From: Octopus bimaculoides
Lineage: Eukaryota
Direction: 5' to 3'
Length of the DNA: 64,000 bases
Assembly: GCF_001194135.2 (NCBI RefSeq)
Contig: NC_068994.1
Location: 41,293,894 to 41,357,893 of the forward strand
Position 1 is the first letter of the stretch. The number at the start of each line of letters is the position of its first letter. The translations under genes were made by a program, and so were the position numbers. Shown here in pieces: positions 40,003-52,345 of this stretch. The notes below the pieces were generated by a model. The model saw only the letters and a program-made list of their open reading frames with translations. It was not told the DNA's origin and searched no databases.

Positions 40003-40371
40003 NNNNNNNNNNNNNNNNNNNNNNNNNNNNNNNNNNNNNNNNNNNNNNNNNNNNNNNNNNNNNNNNNNNNNNNNNNNNNNNNNNNNNNNNNNNNNNNNNN
40101 NNNNNNNNNNNNNNNNNNNNNNNNNNNNNNNNNNNNNNNNNNNNNNNNNNNNNNNNNNNNNNNNNNNNNNNNNNNNNNNNNNNNNNNNNNNNNNNNNNNN
40201 NNNNNNNNNNNNNNNNNNNNNNNNNNNNNNNNNNNNNNNNNNNNNNNNNNNNNNNNNNNNNNNNNNNNNNNNNNNNNNNNNNNNNNNNNNNNNNNNNNNN
40301 NNNNNNNNNNNNNNNNNNNNNNNNNNNNNNNNNNNNNNNNNNNNNNNNNNNNNNNNNNNNNNNNNNNNNNN

Positions 40372-40478
<107 letters not shown>

Positions 40479-40984
40479 ATATACATATATTTATATATAT
40501 ATATATACACGTACATATATATATATATATATATATATAGATATATATATAGCGAGAGAGGGGGGGGGGAGAATATTAGGTTTTGTTATAAGAAAATGTA
40601 TTCAGTTTTTCTCTTTTCAAAAATGCTAACAGCCCTAAGACTGATATATTATCGTTGAATGAGTCTTTCAGAATCTGGCTTTTCAATGGCTGTGACAGTT
40701 TTTAGCTTCTTTCAATGAAAATAATAAGGTTAACAAGATTTCTAATGCTATAATTTCATTGTGGTAATGTGAATGTCAAAATTGCTTTCTCTATTCTAGT
40801 GAAAAACATTTTTGATTGGATACAAAACTAAACAGAGAAGTAGACTGTATGTTTATCGAGTTATGACTTGTGTTGTTATGGTTCATAGAGCTATAGATTC
40901 ACATAGAGAGAAATGTAAGGTTTGAATATATAAGGCAATGCACGTGGTTATATTAACGTTGCCTTCCTCTTCCTTCTGTTTGAT

Positions 40985-41490
40985 TACTAGCATCATTATC
41001 AATGTCGTCAACATCATTGTCATCACCATCATTGTCGTCGTTGTCATCATCATCATCATCATTATGATCCTCGTTGTCTGTTTCATCATTGAGACCACCA
41101 CCATCATCATCCTCATCACCACCATCCTCCTCCTCCTCCTCCTCATCATCATCATAATCATCATCACCATTGTCATCATCGTTGTCGTCATCACCACCAT
41201 CGTCACCATCATCATCTCCAGCATCCTCATCATCATCGTCATCACTACCATCCTCATCATCATCATTGTCCTCACCATGATGATGATGATCATCGTCGTC
41301 ACCATCATCGCCATCCTCAACAGTGTCTTCATCATCTGTGTTTTCATCATCACCATCATTTTCATCTTCATTACCAACTCCCTCCTCTTCTTCATCATCG
41401 TCATTATCATTGTCGTCATCATCATCATCATTACCATCATCATCATCATTATCATCATCATCATTATCATCATCATCATCATCATCATCC
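40985..41490. repeat. Long degenerate (CAT/CAC/CGT/CCT)n trinucleotide mosaic
   Basis: Direct inspection. Similar tracts lie at 6040-6240, 17860-18015, 32930-33115 and 58160-58440. Confidence 0.9.
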
Positions 41491-42071
41491 CTCTCTCATA
41501 TCAACATCATTATCACTTTCATCATCACTGTTATCATAGCTGCCATACTTTAACTCAAGCCCTATATTATAAGCAAACAACTGGGAGACACCATGCATTT
41601 TCCAGGTTCTCCATCATTTATCTACCAACGAGGTCTTCTACTATGTTCTCCACTGATACAGAAAATGCTATGCATCTTTTTACTGTATGATGATTGAACT
41701 TGCCTCAAATTATTACTTGTATAGTATTCAACTTTTAGTTTTTTATTAGCTTCAGTGATTGAATTACAATCATGCTGATGCTCAATCATTAAAGATTTAG
41801 TCAATGATATCAATCACAGTACTTATTCCAGATTGGTAGAAGATGATTGCTTTAAGTGAACCGAGTGGTGGAAGAAATCCAGGAAGCATGTCACTTGGAA
41901 GTAAACTTCTTAATCACATAACTATTCCTACAAATACAAACACATATAAAGCAAAAACATTTGCAATATTTAAGAATTGCTACTACAGGGACAGTAATTC
42001 AGGATCAGGTATTAATGAGATATTTTCCTTGAGTGAGAGTGTAGAAGAGTGTGGGTGCGAGGAAGAAGGGG

Positions 42072-42114
<43 letters not shown>

Positions 42115-43096
42115 NNNNNNNNNNNNNNNNNNNNNNNNNNNNNNNNNNNNNNNNNNNNNNNNNNNNNNNNNNNNNNNNNNNNNNNNNNNNNNNNNNNNNN
42201 NNNNNNNNNNNNNNNNNNNNNNNNNNNNNNNNNNNNNNNNNNNNNNNNNNNNNNNNNNNNNNNNNNNNNNNNNNNNNNNNNNNNNNNNNNNNNNNNNNNN
42301 NNNNNNNNNNNNNNNNNNNNNNNNNNNNNNNNNNNNNNNNNNNNNNNNNNNNNNNNNNNNNNNNNNNNNNNNNNNNNNNNNNNNNNNNNNNNNNNNNNNN
42401 NNNNNNNNNNNNNNNNNNNNNNNNNNNNNNNNNNNNNNNNNNNNNNNNNNNNNNNNNNNNNNNNNNNNNNNNNNNNNNNNNNNNNNNNNNNNNNNNNNNN
42501 NNNNNNNNNNNNNNNNNNNNNNNNNNNNNNNNNNNNNNNNNNNNNNNNNNNNNNNNNNNNNNNNNNNNNNNNNNNNNNNNNNNNNNNNNNNNNNNNNNNN
42601 NNNNNNNNNNNNNNNNNNNNNNNNNNNNNNNNNNNNNNNNNNNNNNNNNNNNNNNNNNNNNNNNNNNNNNNNNNNNNNNNNNNNNNNNNNNNNNNNNNNN
42701 NNNNNNNNNNNNNNNNNNNNNNNNNNNNNNNNNNNNNNNNNNNNNNNNNNNNNNNNNNNNNNNNNNNNNNNNNNNNNNNNNNNNNNNNNNNNNNNNNNNN
42801 NNNNNNNNNNNNNNNNNNNNNNNNNNNNNNNNNNNNNNNNNNNNNNNNNNNNNNNNNNNNNNNNNNNNNNNNNNNNNNNNNNNNNNNNNNNNNNNNNNNN
42901 NNNNNNNNNNNNNNNNNNNNNNNNNNNNNNNNNNNNNNNNNNNNNNNNNNNNNNNNNNNNNNNNNNNNNNNNNNNNNNNNNNNNNNNNNNNNNNNNNNNN
43001 NNNNNNNNNNNNNNNNNNNNNNNNNNNNNNNNNNNNNNNNNNNNNNNNNNNNNNNNNNNNNNNNNNNNNNNNNNNNNNNNNNNNNNNNNNNNNNNN
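42115..43096. other. Largest assembly gap
   Basis: Ns flanked by (TA)n. Other gaps are 21590-21778, 27423-32, 34590-644, 35088-97, 35467-76, 39431-40, 40003-40371 and 44138-44258. Confidence 1.
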
Positions 43097-43136
<40 letters not shown>

Positions 43137-43140
<4 letters not shown>

Positions 43141-43465
43141 ATACTACATGAGCACCCGAATCACTAAAAATAGAAGTCAAAATTCTTCTAAGACACAAAA
43201 TAATCACAAAATTAATACAAGCATGATAGGAGGAAAATTTAGTGAACAAGATTAGCATCCTACCTCCACCAAGTCTGCAAGAGGAATGCTGGATAATTTG
43301 ATATCATGATTTCGAATCTAGCACCAATCAGTGCTTGAGTTTCCTTAACCAAATCTTCTGGGGACAGCTACTAGAAATTGCCTCTACCATACCTGTAAAT
43401 TCATTTGAAGTGGTCAGACACTTAGTGATACACTTAACAATGCAGGTGTTCATGTAGTACCCTTG
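43137..43465. mobile_element. Non-autonomous DNA transposon with ~20-bp TIRs
   Basis: GGGATACTACATGAGCACC matches the reverse complement of the right end, GGGTACTACATGAACACC. The flanks are TA-rich. Confidence 0.5.
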
Positions 43466-43575
43466 TATATATATGTATATATCTTATATATATTTTATTA
43501 ATTTTCTTGTATGGCATGTGCTCACACCCACCAACAATAGTATTTTTAAAATATTACCATTATTTAAAAATATCA

Positions 43576-43616
<41 letters not shown>

Positions 43617-44258
43617 GTATGTATGTGCATACATATAGACATATTCACACATATATACATGCATATGCTCACATTAGCACTTGTAGTTCTTAGTGTAAAA
43701 ACAAAGAACATTGAACTTGAAAATAGTGAGGGCATCTGGTTTGGTTTAATGATGATAGTAATGAGTGAAACCTATAAATTGAGGCATTCTATGAAATTTA
43801 TAATGAATTCACATTCATAAGATTGGCACATTGAAGAAGTCAGGTCAAACTATGGCTAAGGAAAATGGTTGCTACAGAAGTCTTGCATGCAACACCATTT
43901 GAAGGAAAACCTATTTCATATAAAGCAAAAACATTTGCAATATTTAAGAATTGCTACTACAGGGACAGTAATTCAGGATCAGGTATTAATGAGATATTTT
44001 CCTTGTCAAAGAGAAGAGAATATTTTGAATCAATTTTGAAGTGAACATCAAAAGGGGGAGAATATTATCAGCAAATGGAAAGGAAGTGGATTGAAGAGGG
44101 GAGCAGAGTGAGAGTGTAGAAGAGTGTGGGTGCGAGGNNNNNNNNNNNNNNNNNNNNNNNNNNNNNNNNNNNNNNNNNNNNNNNNNNNNNNNNNNNNNNN
44201 NNNNNNNNNNNNNNNNNNNNNNNNNNNNNNNNNNNNNNNNNNNNNNNNNNNNNNNNNN

Positions 44259-44299
<41 letters not shown>

Positions 44300-44435
44300 T
44301 GAGTGAGAGACAGAGATGATGGGAAAAGAATAAAGGAGGACAGAAATATTAAAGGGATGGAAGGTCAACTTTATGAAATAGTAGTGAAGGAGCAGTGGTG
44401 ATTTTCTTTTAAAGCAAATTTTATCAGTAAATTAG

Positions 44436-45000
44436 AATTTATTTCTGCTCATGTAAACAAGGAGTAAATGTTTCTGACTTGGCATTTATGTATGTTCTAA
44501 GCATGAAGCAGCTTTTAACAAGCCATCTTTTCCCTGCTTTGCACATTCTGCACTTTTCATTGCCATTGAAAAATGCTTTGTTTTTCTCCAACATCCTCAC
44601 TTTGATGTGACAGTCAGTGGCCTTTTCCTTCAATTGCCTTATGTACTTGGACAGTGCAGTGATATTTGCCTCTTGAATTCTTCTAAGATGTGGTGTTGTC
44701 ATGTAGATATTTCTGGGGGGAAGTTTGTATCAATCTTATATAGCACTTCAAGCCTGGATTTCATTTCAGTCTCATATTCAATGGCTTCCATGCTATTGGT
44801 ATATGAATGGGCAAGTAAAAGTATTTCTGAAAGAACAACCAGCCTCAGTACTAGGAGTGGGTTAACACTAAAGAATACTCTTTATACAGTTTTCTAAAGG
44901 AAAGACTTATCAGCTAAGACTTGTCAACATAGGCTTACCTATGCATGACATAAAATTAAATGAGAAAGGAGGTATGAAATAAGCCATATTGAGTTGTTGC
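44436..45000 (-). mobile_element. Degenerate Penelope-like element, linker plus GIY-YIG endonuclease C-terminus
   Basis: Translations across frameshifts give AYFIPPFSFNFMSCIGK (cf. WFNPPFS..IGK), CSFRNTFTCP (cf. CNCR..CP), KCYIRL (YIG) and TALSKYIRQLKEK...EKCRMCKAGK...INAKSETFTPCLHEQK (cf. LSKxIWxLK..CxLC..LNxRxE..CRH). Confidence 0.8.
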
Positions 45001-45335
45001 TTTTTTGTGGTCTCAGGTTTAATGTATAAGTGATTGCTGCCAGAGTGCTACAATAATTGGGTCTGCATTGTCAAAACTTCCACACTACCAAAGGATACAG
45101 ATGAGATCTCTGCACACTTTTTGCTTCCTGGAAGACTACATGCAAGTCTATGTAGTAGCTATTTTACCTTGGCAGAGTTTGATGCAGATCCATAACATGT
45201 TGATCTGATGTGTTTTAATTAATTAGTCATTGCACATAAAATTTATTTGTTACAATGATCATCATTAAACTAAATAATACTCTATTGTATTATATTATAT
45301 CATATTATAATATAAACATGTGTATGTGTGTGTAG

Positions 45336-45482
45336 GTGCATAACTGGGTGGTTAGGGTGTTGCATACATTATCGTAAAATTGTGGTTCTGATTCCTGATA
45401 TAGGGGATGCCGTATGTTCTTGAGCTAGACACTTTATTCCATGTTGCTCCTGTCCACTCAGCAGGCAAAAATGAGTAATTTA
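45336..45482 (+). mobile_element. SINE family A-like head fragment
   Basis: Decayed tRNA head followed by gttcttgagctagacactttattccatgttgctcc. Confidence 0.6.
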
Positions 45483-45599
45483 TGCTGGGGAGGATATATA
45501 TGGCACAGAATGAAAAAAAACAACCATATGAACCTATGGCTCAGAAAGGATCTTAGATACTTTTTATGATATATATATATATATATATATATATCACCG

Positions 45600-46050
45600 A
45601 GGCAATGACTAGTGACCGGGACCTTTGGAAATATGCAGTACGTGAGAAGACCTGGCAAGCCAAGTGAAAGCATAATCTGTGGCCTCTGCCAGAAGTGTAG
45701 CCAGCTCACTTATTCGTATCTTTACTTCATTGGACACTAAACTCTGCTTGCAAAGACCTGTTGAGGCAAGTGAAATCGAAATCGTAATTGAACCATATAC
45801 GATGACTGGCACCTGTGCCAGTGGAGCACTAACATCACTGTCAGAGCATGTTCATTGCCAGAGCAGCTGTCTGGTTTTCATGCTAGTGGCCCGTAAAAGC
45901 ACCCACTACACTCTCAGAGTGGTTGGCGTTAGGAAGGGCATCCAGCTGTAGAAACTCTGCCAGATCAGATTGGAGCCTGGTGCAGCCTTCTGGCTTGCCA
46001 GTCCTCAGTCAAATCATCCAACCTATGCTAGCATGGAAAGCGGACGTTAA
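45600..46050 (+). mobile_element. RTE-clade LINE 3' end and UTR
   Basis: ...MTSDRDLWKYAVREKT-like ORF end, then the tail ggttggcgttaggaagggcatccagctgtagaaac...gcatggaaagcggacgttaaa(tga)n. Tail copies lie at ~23690-23935 (+), 27530-27670 (-), 28380-28560 (+), 32810-32930 (+), 34680-34930 (-), 55950-56170 (-) and 62940-63030 (+). Confidence 0.7.
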
Positions 46051-46070
46051 ATGGTGATGATGATGATATG

Positions 46071-46101
<31 letters not shown>

Positions 46102-46599
46102 ATATATATGTATGTATGTATGCATATATATATGACCTTGTCCTTTCAGTTTCTATCTGCCATATCCACTTATGAGGCTTAAGGCAGCCCAAGGTCATAG
46201 TAGGAGATACTTGCTCAAGGGGTCATGCAATGGGACTGAACCCGAAACCATGTGATTGTGAAACAAACTTCTTATTACATAACACTTATACCTTATCCCA
46301 CAGCCATATCTGCAGCTTTATATGCATATATATAATATGCATTTTTTCACTTTCCATCTAGCAAATCAACTCACAAGATTTTGGTAAGGTATAATAGTTT
46401 TTATAAGTCTGTTTCCTTCTCTGTGTATTTCTGAAGCATTCTACTTCATGATAAATCATAAAAGAAACTAATTAGGGCAATCTGTTGGAGAAACCATGCC
46501 AAAAAGACACCAGAGCATGATTGAATCCCCTGACTCATCAGATCCAGTCAAACTATTCAGCCCATGCCGACATCTTGGAAGACAGGCATTAAATGATGG

Positions 46600-46630
<31 letters not shown>

Positions 46631-47319
46631 GATGGTGATGATGATGAAGAGGAGGAGATTCTTACATCTTTTTCATTGTGACTCCCACCCCAATTCTTTC
46701 ACACATTAGCCTTCATGCCTTTGGTCTGATATATTACCATAACTGTCCATATTTTTTTTGCATTGTCTCCCACCATACAAGAAATAATAGGTAAGTGTCC
46801 TTTACATCATACCTACTCATATCTTAGAAAAAGATAGGACACATTATGGTTATGTAGCTCTAGATATACAATGTTTGAAATAAATAAGGGTGATGGTCAT
46901 GGGTGGAAGTTCTTTGATCATCAATTACTCAATCAGAGCTGACTCATGCCTAAACAACAACAGCAACACCAATGTGCTTTTTCTCTTGTTGTTTGTTCTG
47001 TTCCTTTTGTTGTTTATTATATTTTCTTCTTTCAACTTTGTAGAATTTATTTATGAAAATCCACAAAAACTTCAGATTTTTTTGTTTCAATTATGTTTTG
47101 TTTCGTTGGAATGTGCTAAAGCCTTAAACTATTGATTTGTTCCTTGTACGTGTGTGTGTGTGCGTGCACATGTACATGTTCGTGTTTGGGAGTGTGTGTG
47201 TTCGACTTTCAGTTACTGGGTGTGTGTATGTGTGGATGTAAGCAGATTCATATTGAATCGGTTGATCTCTCAAGAACCAAAGCAGTGATACAAAGGGAAA
47301 ATATATATATATCTATATA

Positions 47320-47361
<42 letters not shown>

Positions 47362-49669
47362 CATACATATATGTATATATATATTATATGTTATTATGTG
47401 TATATACAGAAATTTTCTACACGCCTCATTTCATATATTTGTATGTGTGTATGTACAGTTACAGACACACACTGACATGCATATACATGTGTGTATGTCT
47501 GCAAGCATAATATATATATTTACATATAAATACATAAATCCATATTTATCTGGGCATTTATTTATTTTTATTCTCCTAATAGAAAAGAGGGAAAAATATA
47601 TTGTAAAAAGAAGTGATTTCATGCCTTCGAAGAATAATTTTATTGGGACTTGGCGTATTGTGAAGAAATTGTTCAATAATAACTGACAATGATGTCTGTG
47701 ATAATGATAGTAAAACCTATTTAATAGAGGATTCTATTTTGAATCTGAGTTAACGGTTTGGAAATCTTCCAACAAACAATTCTTTTTTAATTTCATTTAA
47801 ATATTTAAATGTTGCAGATAACAGCAGTCTATAAAGCCATTTACTCATTGAATGGTTGAAGAAATACCATTTAGCTATTTGTTCATAGCAATATTACAAA
47901 AATATTTCCCCTTCCCTCCACTAAGAATATTATTTCACTAACATATATACTCACATACATACACACACACACATACATACATACATAGTATACATATAGA
48001 TATATATATTTGTGTATGTATATATATGTGTGTGAGTGTATATGGTGACACACCTACACACACATACATCATATATATATATATATGCATTTATATACAT
48101 ACATAACATATATGTAGATATTTGTGTATGTATATATATATATGTGTGTGGGTGCATATATATATATAGACACATCTACACACATACATACATCATATAC
48201 ATGCATTTATAGATTTATATGCATATACATACATGTATATACATATATGTGTGTGTGTATGTGTACATGTATTTATGTACATGTTATATGTATATATATC
48301 TGAGTGATATGATTGTCTGTGTGTATATGTATGTGCATGCATGTGTGTATTATTATAAAGCTTGTTATACGATACACACATACATAAAATTTTTTTGTGA
48401 ATTTGTAAAAAGCATCCCATAATTTAAATCTAAGCAAAGTATCCAGATGAGGTGCCTCCATGTTGCATTTGAAATATATCTTTTAGATTGAATTTGATTC
48501 AAACTCACATTGTTGTTGTTTGTTTTATATTATCTGAGTATTACTTTCCCTTTTTCGTTGTTTTCCTTTTTTTTATTTTTTTCATTTCTTTTCACAAGAA
48601 AAAAAAATCCTAATGTTATTCTCAGTCAGTAATCATAGAATATTATAATGGACAAAAATGGTTAAAGCATTCTGAAATGTTTGTCATGTTTCCAGAATAA
48701 CATTTATTCTGCTACATAATTACTATACAGGAAGCTATTCTACGTTCCTGTTTGTCGGTTCCTATTTATATTTTCCTGATAAATTTAGCTGGTTTGTTTT
48801 GGAATTTATGGATGATGTGTTTTGTAGAAAAACAGAAAGAAATGTCAAGCTGTCTTTTAAATACAGTGTTTCGATGAAGAAACTTTAAATCTTCTCTAAC
48901 GATTTTGCAACAGTTTTAATAAAAAAAAAAAAATCTATTAAGATATTCAATTAAAATATCTATTTGGATGAGAAAATAAACGAAAACTTGTATTTTTCTC
49001 ATCATTATTAGCATTGTTTGTTCTTCAAAGGTGAGATCATTGGAATCATGTGTATCACATTTCCATTCCTGTTGATTCTGTTGGCTGATTTTAGCTGAGT
49101 TTTCGTTCATTGGTTATTTTCCCCACTCTCAGGTTGGTTATTTTCCACACTCTTAGCATTTCACATGTTTAATGGCTAAACCTTTTGCTACCATATTTCT
49201 GTTTAAATACAGTCTTTGTTTAAATTGATAATGAAAATAATGAATTGTTATTTGTACTGTGAACAGTGAGATCTGAAGCAATAACTTGCATATTTATTCA
49301 TAATATGTTGCAGCAGATTTGAATTCAAATATTATGATCACTGTTGCATACATCACAGGGAAACAACTTCTCTTTTAAAGATAACAATATTTTCATAACA
49401 CACTTGACTCCTTGGTGCAAAGGATTCTGGGACACCAGTGTTTGAACATGTTGTGCTTTTGTCAGTCAGAAGCATCTCCAGAACTTGACTCTAAACAAGA
49501 GCCAGTGGCTTTTGCTTAAAAAATCAGAAAACAAACTGCTTACTGATCCACCCTGAAATCTGTCAACTGGTAGTAAATCATTATTTGCATTGTGAACAGC
49601 AAAATCGGAAATGATGAAAATAAAGAAGAATTTAACAAAATAACTATGCCATTATTAAGTTTGTGTAAA

Positions 49670-50120
49670 GTGGTAAGCTGGCAGAATCATTAGCATGTCA
49701 GGCAAAATGCTTAGCAGCATTTCATCTGTCTTTACGTTCTGAGTTCAAATTCCCCTAAGGTTGACTTTGCCTTTCATCTTTTTGGGGTCAATAAATTAAG
49801 TATCAGTGAAACACTGGGGTCGGTGTAATTGACTAGTCCCCTCCACCCAAGTTTGAGAGCCTTGTGCCTTTAGTAGAAAGGATTATTATTATTATCATCA
49901 TTATTAAACAAGGCAGTGAGCTGGCAGAATTGTAAGCATTCCAGGTGGAATGCTTAGTGGCATTTTGTCCGTCTTTGTTCTGAGTTCAAATTTCACCAAG
50001 ATCAACTTTACCTTTCATTCTTCCAGGGAAGATAAATTAAGTACCAGTAAAACACCAAGGTCCATGTAATCAAGTGTGCCGTCCCCTAAAGTTTCAGGCT
50101 TTGTAACTTTAGTAGAAAGG
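49670..50120 (+). mobile_element. Two tandem family B SINEs
   Basis: Two successive cores separated by a (TTA)n tail. Confidence 0.8.
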
Positions 50121-50321
50121 ATTAAGCTGGTGGTTGGAACTTAAATTAACCTGAAACTTTGATGCAAGGTTTTAATTTAGATCCTTTAGAACAGTAAGTT
50201 TATATCACAAGACCAGGGGCAATCTTAGGTGATTTGGTATAAAAATGGTATTAAAAAAATGTTGGGGCTTATATGTCACCAGATCAGAAGTGAGTATAAA
50301 ATCAAGCAAGCCTTTCTTTAA

Positions 50322-50543
50322 CCCTTTAGCATTCAGGTTACTTTGTCAAATGTTATTGCTTATTTATTCATATTGTTTTGAATTAATCATGTATTATCTT
50401 GTAGCTTCAAGATTTCAGATAATGTGATTCTTTACTTTAAGAATGAAATTGTCATGTAGATATGAGAGGCCACATCTCGCTAGTTTGAACTAAAAACAGG
50501 TAGAATATTCAAGCTGGATAAGGCCAGTTTAAATGCAAAAGGG
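50322..50543. mobile_element. TTAA-flanked (piggyBac-type) MITE
   Basis: TTAA|CCCTTTAGCATT...AATGCAAAAGGG|TTAA. Related copies lie at ~4766-4985, 30097-30316 and 61847-62064. Confidence 0.8.
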
Positions 50544-51298
50544 TTAAATTCACTACAACTACTGCCCTGCTACACACAGAATTCGGTGGATACGACTACT
50601 CGATTTTTCCCTATTAATATCAAAACTTCAGCAAGAACCCAATCTGATTCAGGTCAACAAGCAGTCAAAAGGCCAAAGAACTGTCATTGATCCTGAGGTT
50701 ATCAGAAATTTCTATGAGTTCAATAATCATTTATGGAAAGCTTTACAATTCCAGTTTAAGCTTCTTGTATGAAGCAGGCTGATCCGAGACAAAAGATCAA
50801 ACTTCCATTTTAACATATTTAATTATTTATGGAGAATATTAATTAATGAATATTGATAACAAAAAAAGAAACAAAAAAAAAATTTACTGCTTCATTCTGC
50901 AATAACATTGCATTGTTGATTTTTCTCAGAGGACTATCTACTTTTCAGTTTTTATTTCCATTGGATTTTCTCCATATTGAATAACTCTCAGGTGTATATG
51001 CATGTTTTTATTTTGTCTTCTGTTATTATTATATGTGATGTTTGGGAATAAATGCAATTTGAAACTGCACATGCAAAAAAAAAACAAACAGAGATATACA
51101 TACACATATATGCTAATATAAATATATATATAAATGTGTGTGTGTGTATAGGTATGTATATGTATGTATACACACACAAACACATATACGTATGTATATG
51201 TGTGTTTCTTTGCATGTCTTTGTGTGTACACATCTTCACATATAGTTATTCATACACATATATATGCAAGTATATATATATCTATATCTATATCTATC

Positions 51299-51330
<32 letters not shown>

Positions 51331-52016
51331 TACACATGTAAATATACATATATATCAGATCCACGCATTCACATATACACATATATTAATCTATAATTCC
51401 ATATTAAGTTTCCCAAAAACTTTTTTCTATCTCCTCTAACGACATTATGCTAATTATTACCTAGTGTGATAATTTCTCTGAATGTCAAATGTTAGCCACT
51501 CATAAACATTCTTTATTGCAGCAAATAATACATCGTTTGTTTTTATTATTAAACAACTGTGCTCTCTTGCAGCACCTCTGGGAGAAACAGAACCAAAGGA
51601 AACAAAAACGACTTCCCACCAACTGTTTATTTGTTCAGGACATCCTTCTGGGAATTTTGACTTTTCTCATGACTAAAATATACCCTTAGAGAATATTGAA
51701 AATTACATATTCATTATCTTAATGTGATTAGATAAAAGTAATAGATGCAACGATTCTTATCTAAAAAGCACCATATTAAAAAAAAAAATCCTTCCTTCTC
51801 TCTCACTCTCTCTCTCTCATAAACATTGACTTTAAATGTAAACTCTTTCTCTCTCCCTACCCCTCTCATGGGCATCCCCACTCATATCCATACAACTATG
51901 TAAGTATAGAACTTAAAACTAAGAGACAGACAGACCTAAAGCTGTTTACTCCAGGCCAGTTATTGCTGTATTCATACTGAGATATAATCTCTAATGGATG
52001 AACTGAGTTAAAAACA

Positions 52017-52345
52017 CAGCTCAGTGGTTAGAGCATCGGGTTCAATCATGAGGTCGTGAGTTCGATTCCAAGACTGGGCTGTGCATTGTGTTCTTAAGCA
52101 AAACACTTTATTTCAAAGTACTCCAGTTCACTCATCTGTAGAAACAAGTTGCAACATCTCTGGTGCCAAGTTGTATCGGCCTTTGTCTTTTCCTTGAATA
52201 ACATCAGTAGTTTGGAAAGAGAAGGGTTGTATGCATGGGTGACTGCTGCTCTTCCATAAACAACCTTGTCCAGACTTCTGCCTTAGAGGGGAAATTTCTA
52301 GGTACAATCCTATGGTCATTCATGATCGAAGGGGTCTTTACCCTT
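52017..52345 (+). mobile_element. SINE family A
   Basis: GCTCAGTGGTTAGAGC...GAGTTCGATTCC, with a body colinear with 22959-23302. Confidence 0.85.

Noticed and set aside
44370-44430. Hammerhead downstream of the Penelope relic (minus: ctgataaaatttgctttaaaagaaaatc)
   Set aside because: G8 is missing and there are no convincing stems II, III or I.
45990-46025. Minus-strand CTGAGGA-CTGGC-AA-GCCAG
   Set aside because: It is followed by AAGG rather than GAAA-stem III, and it is part of the RTE tail.
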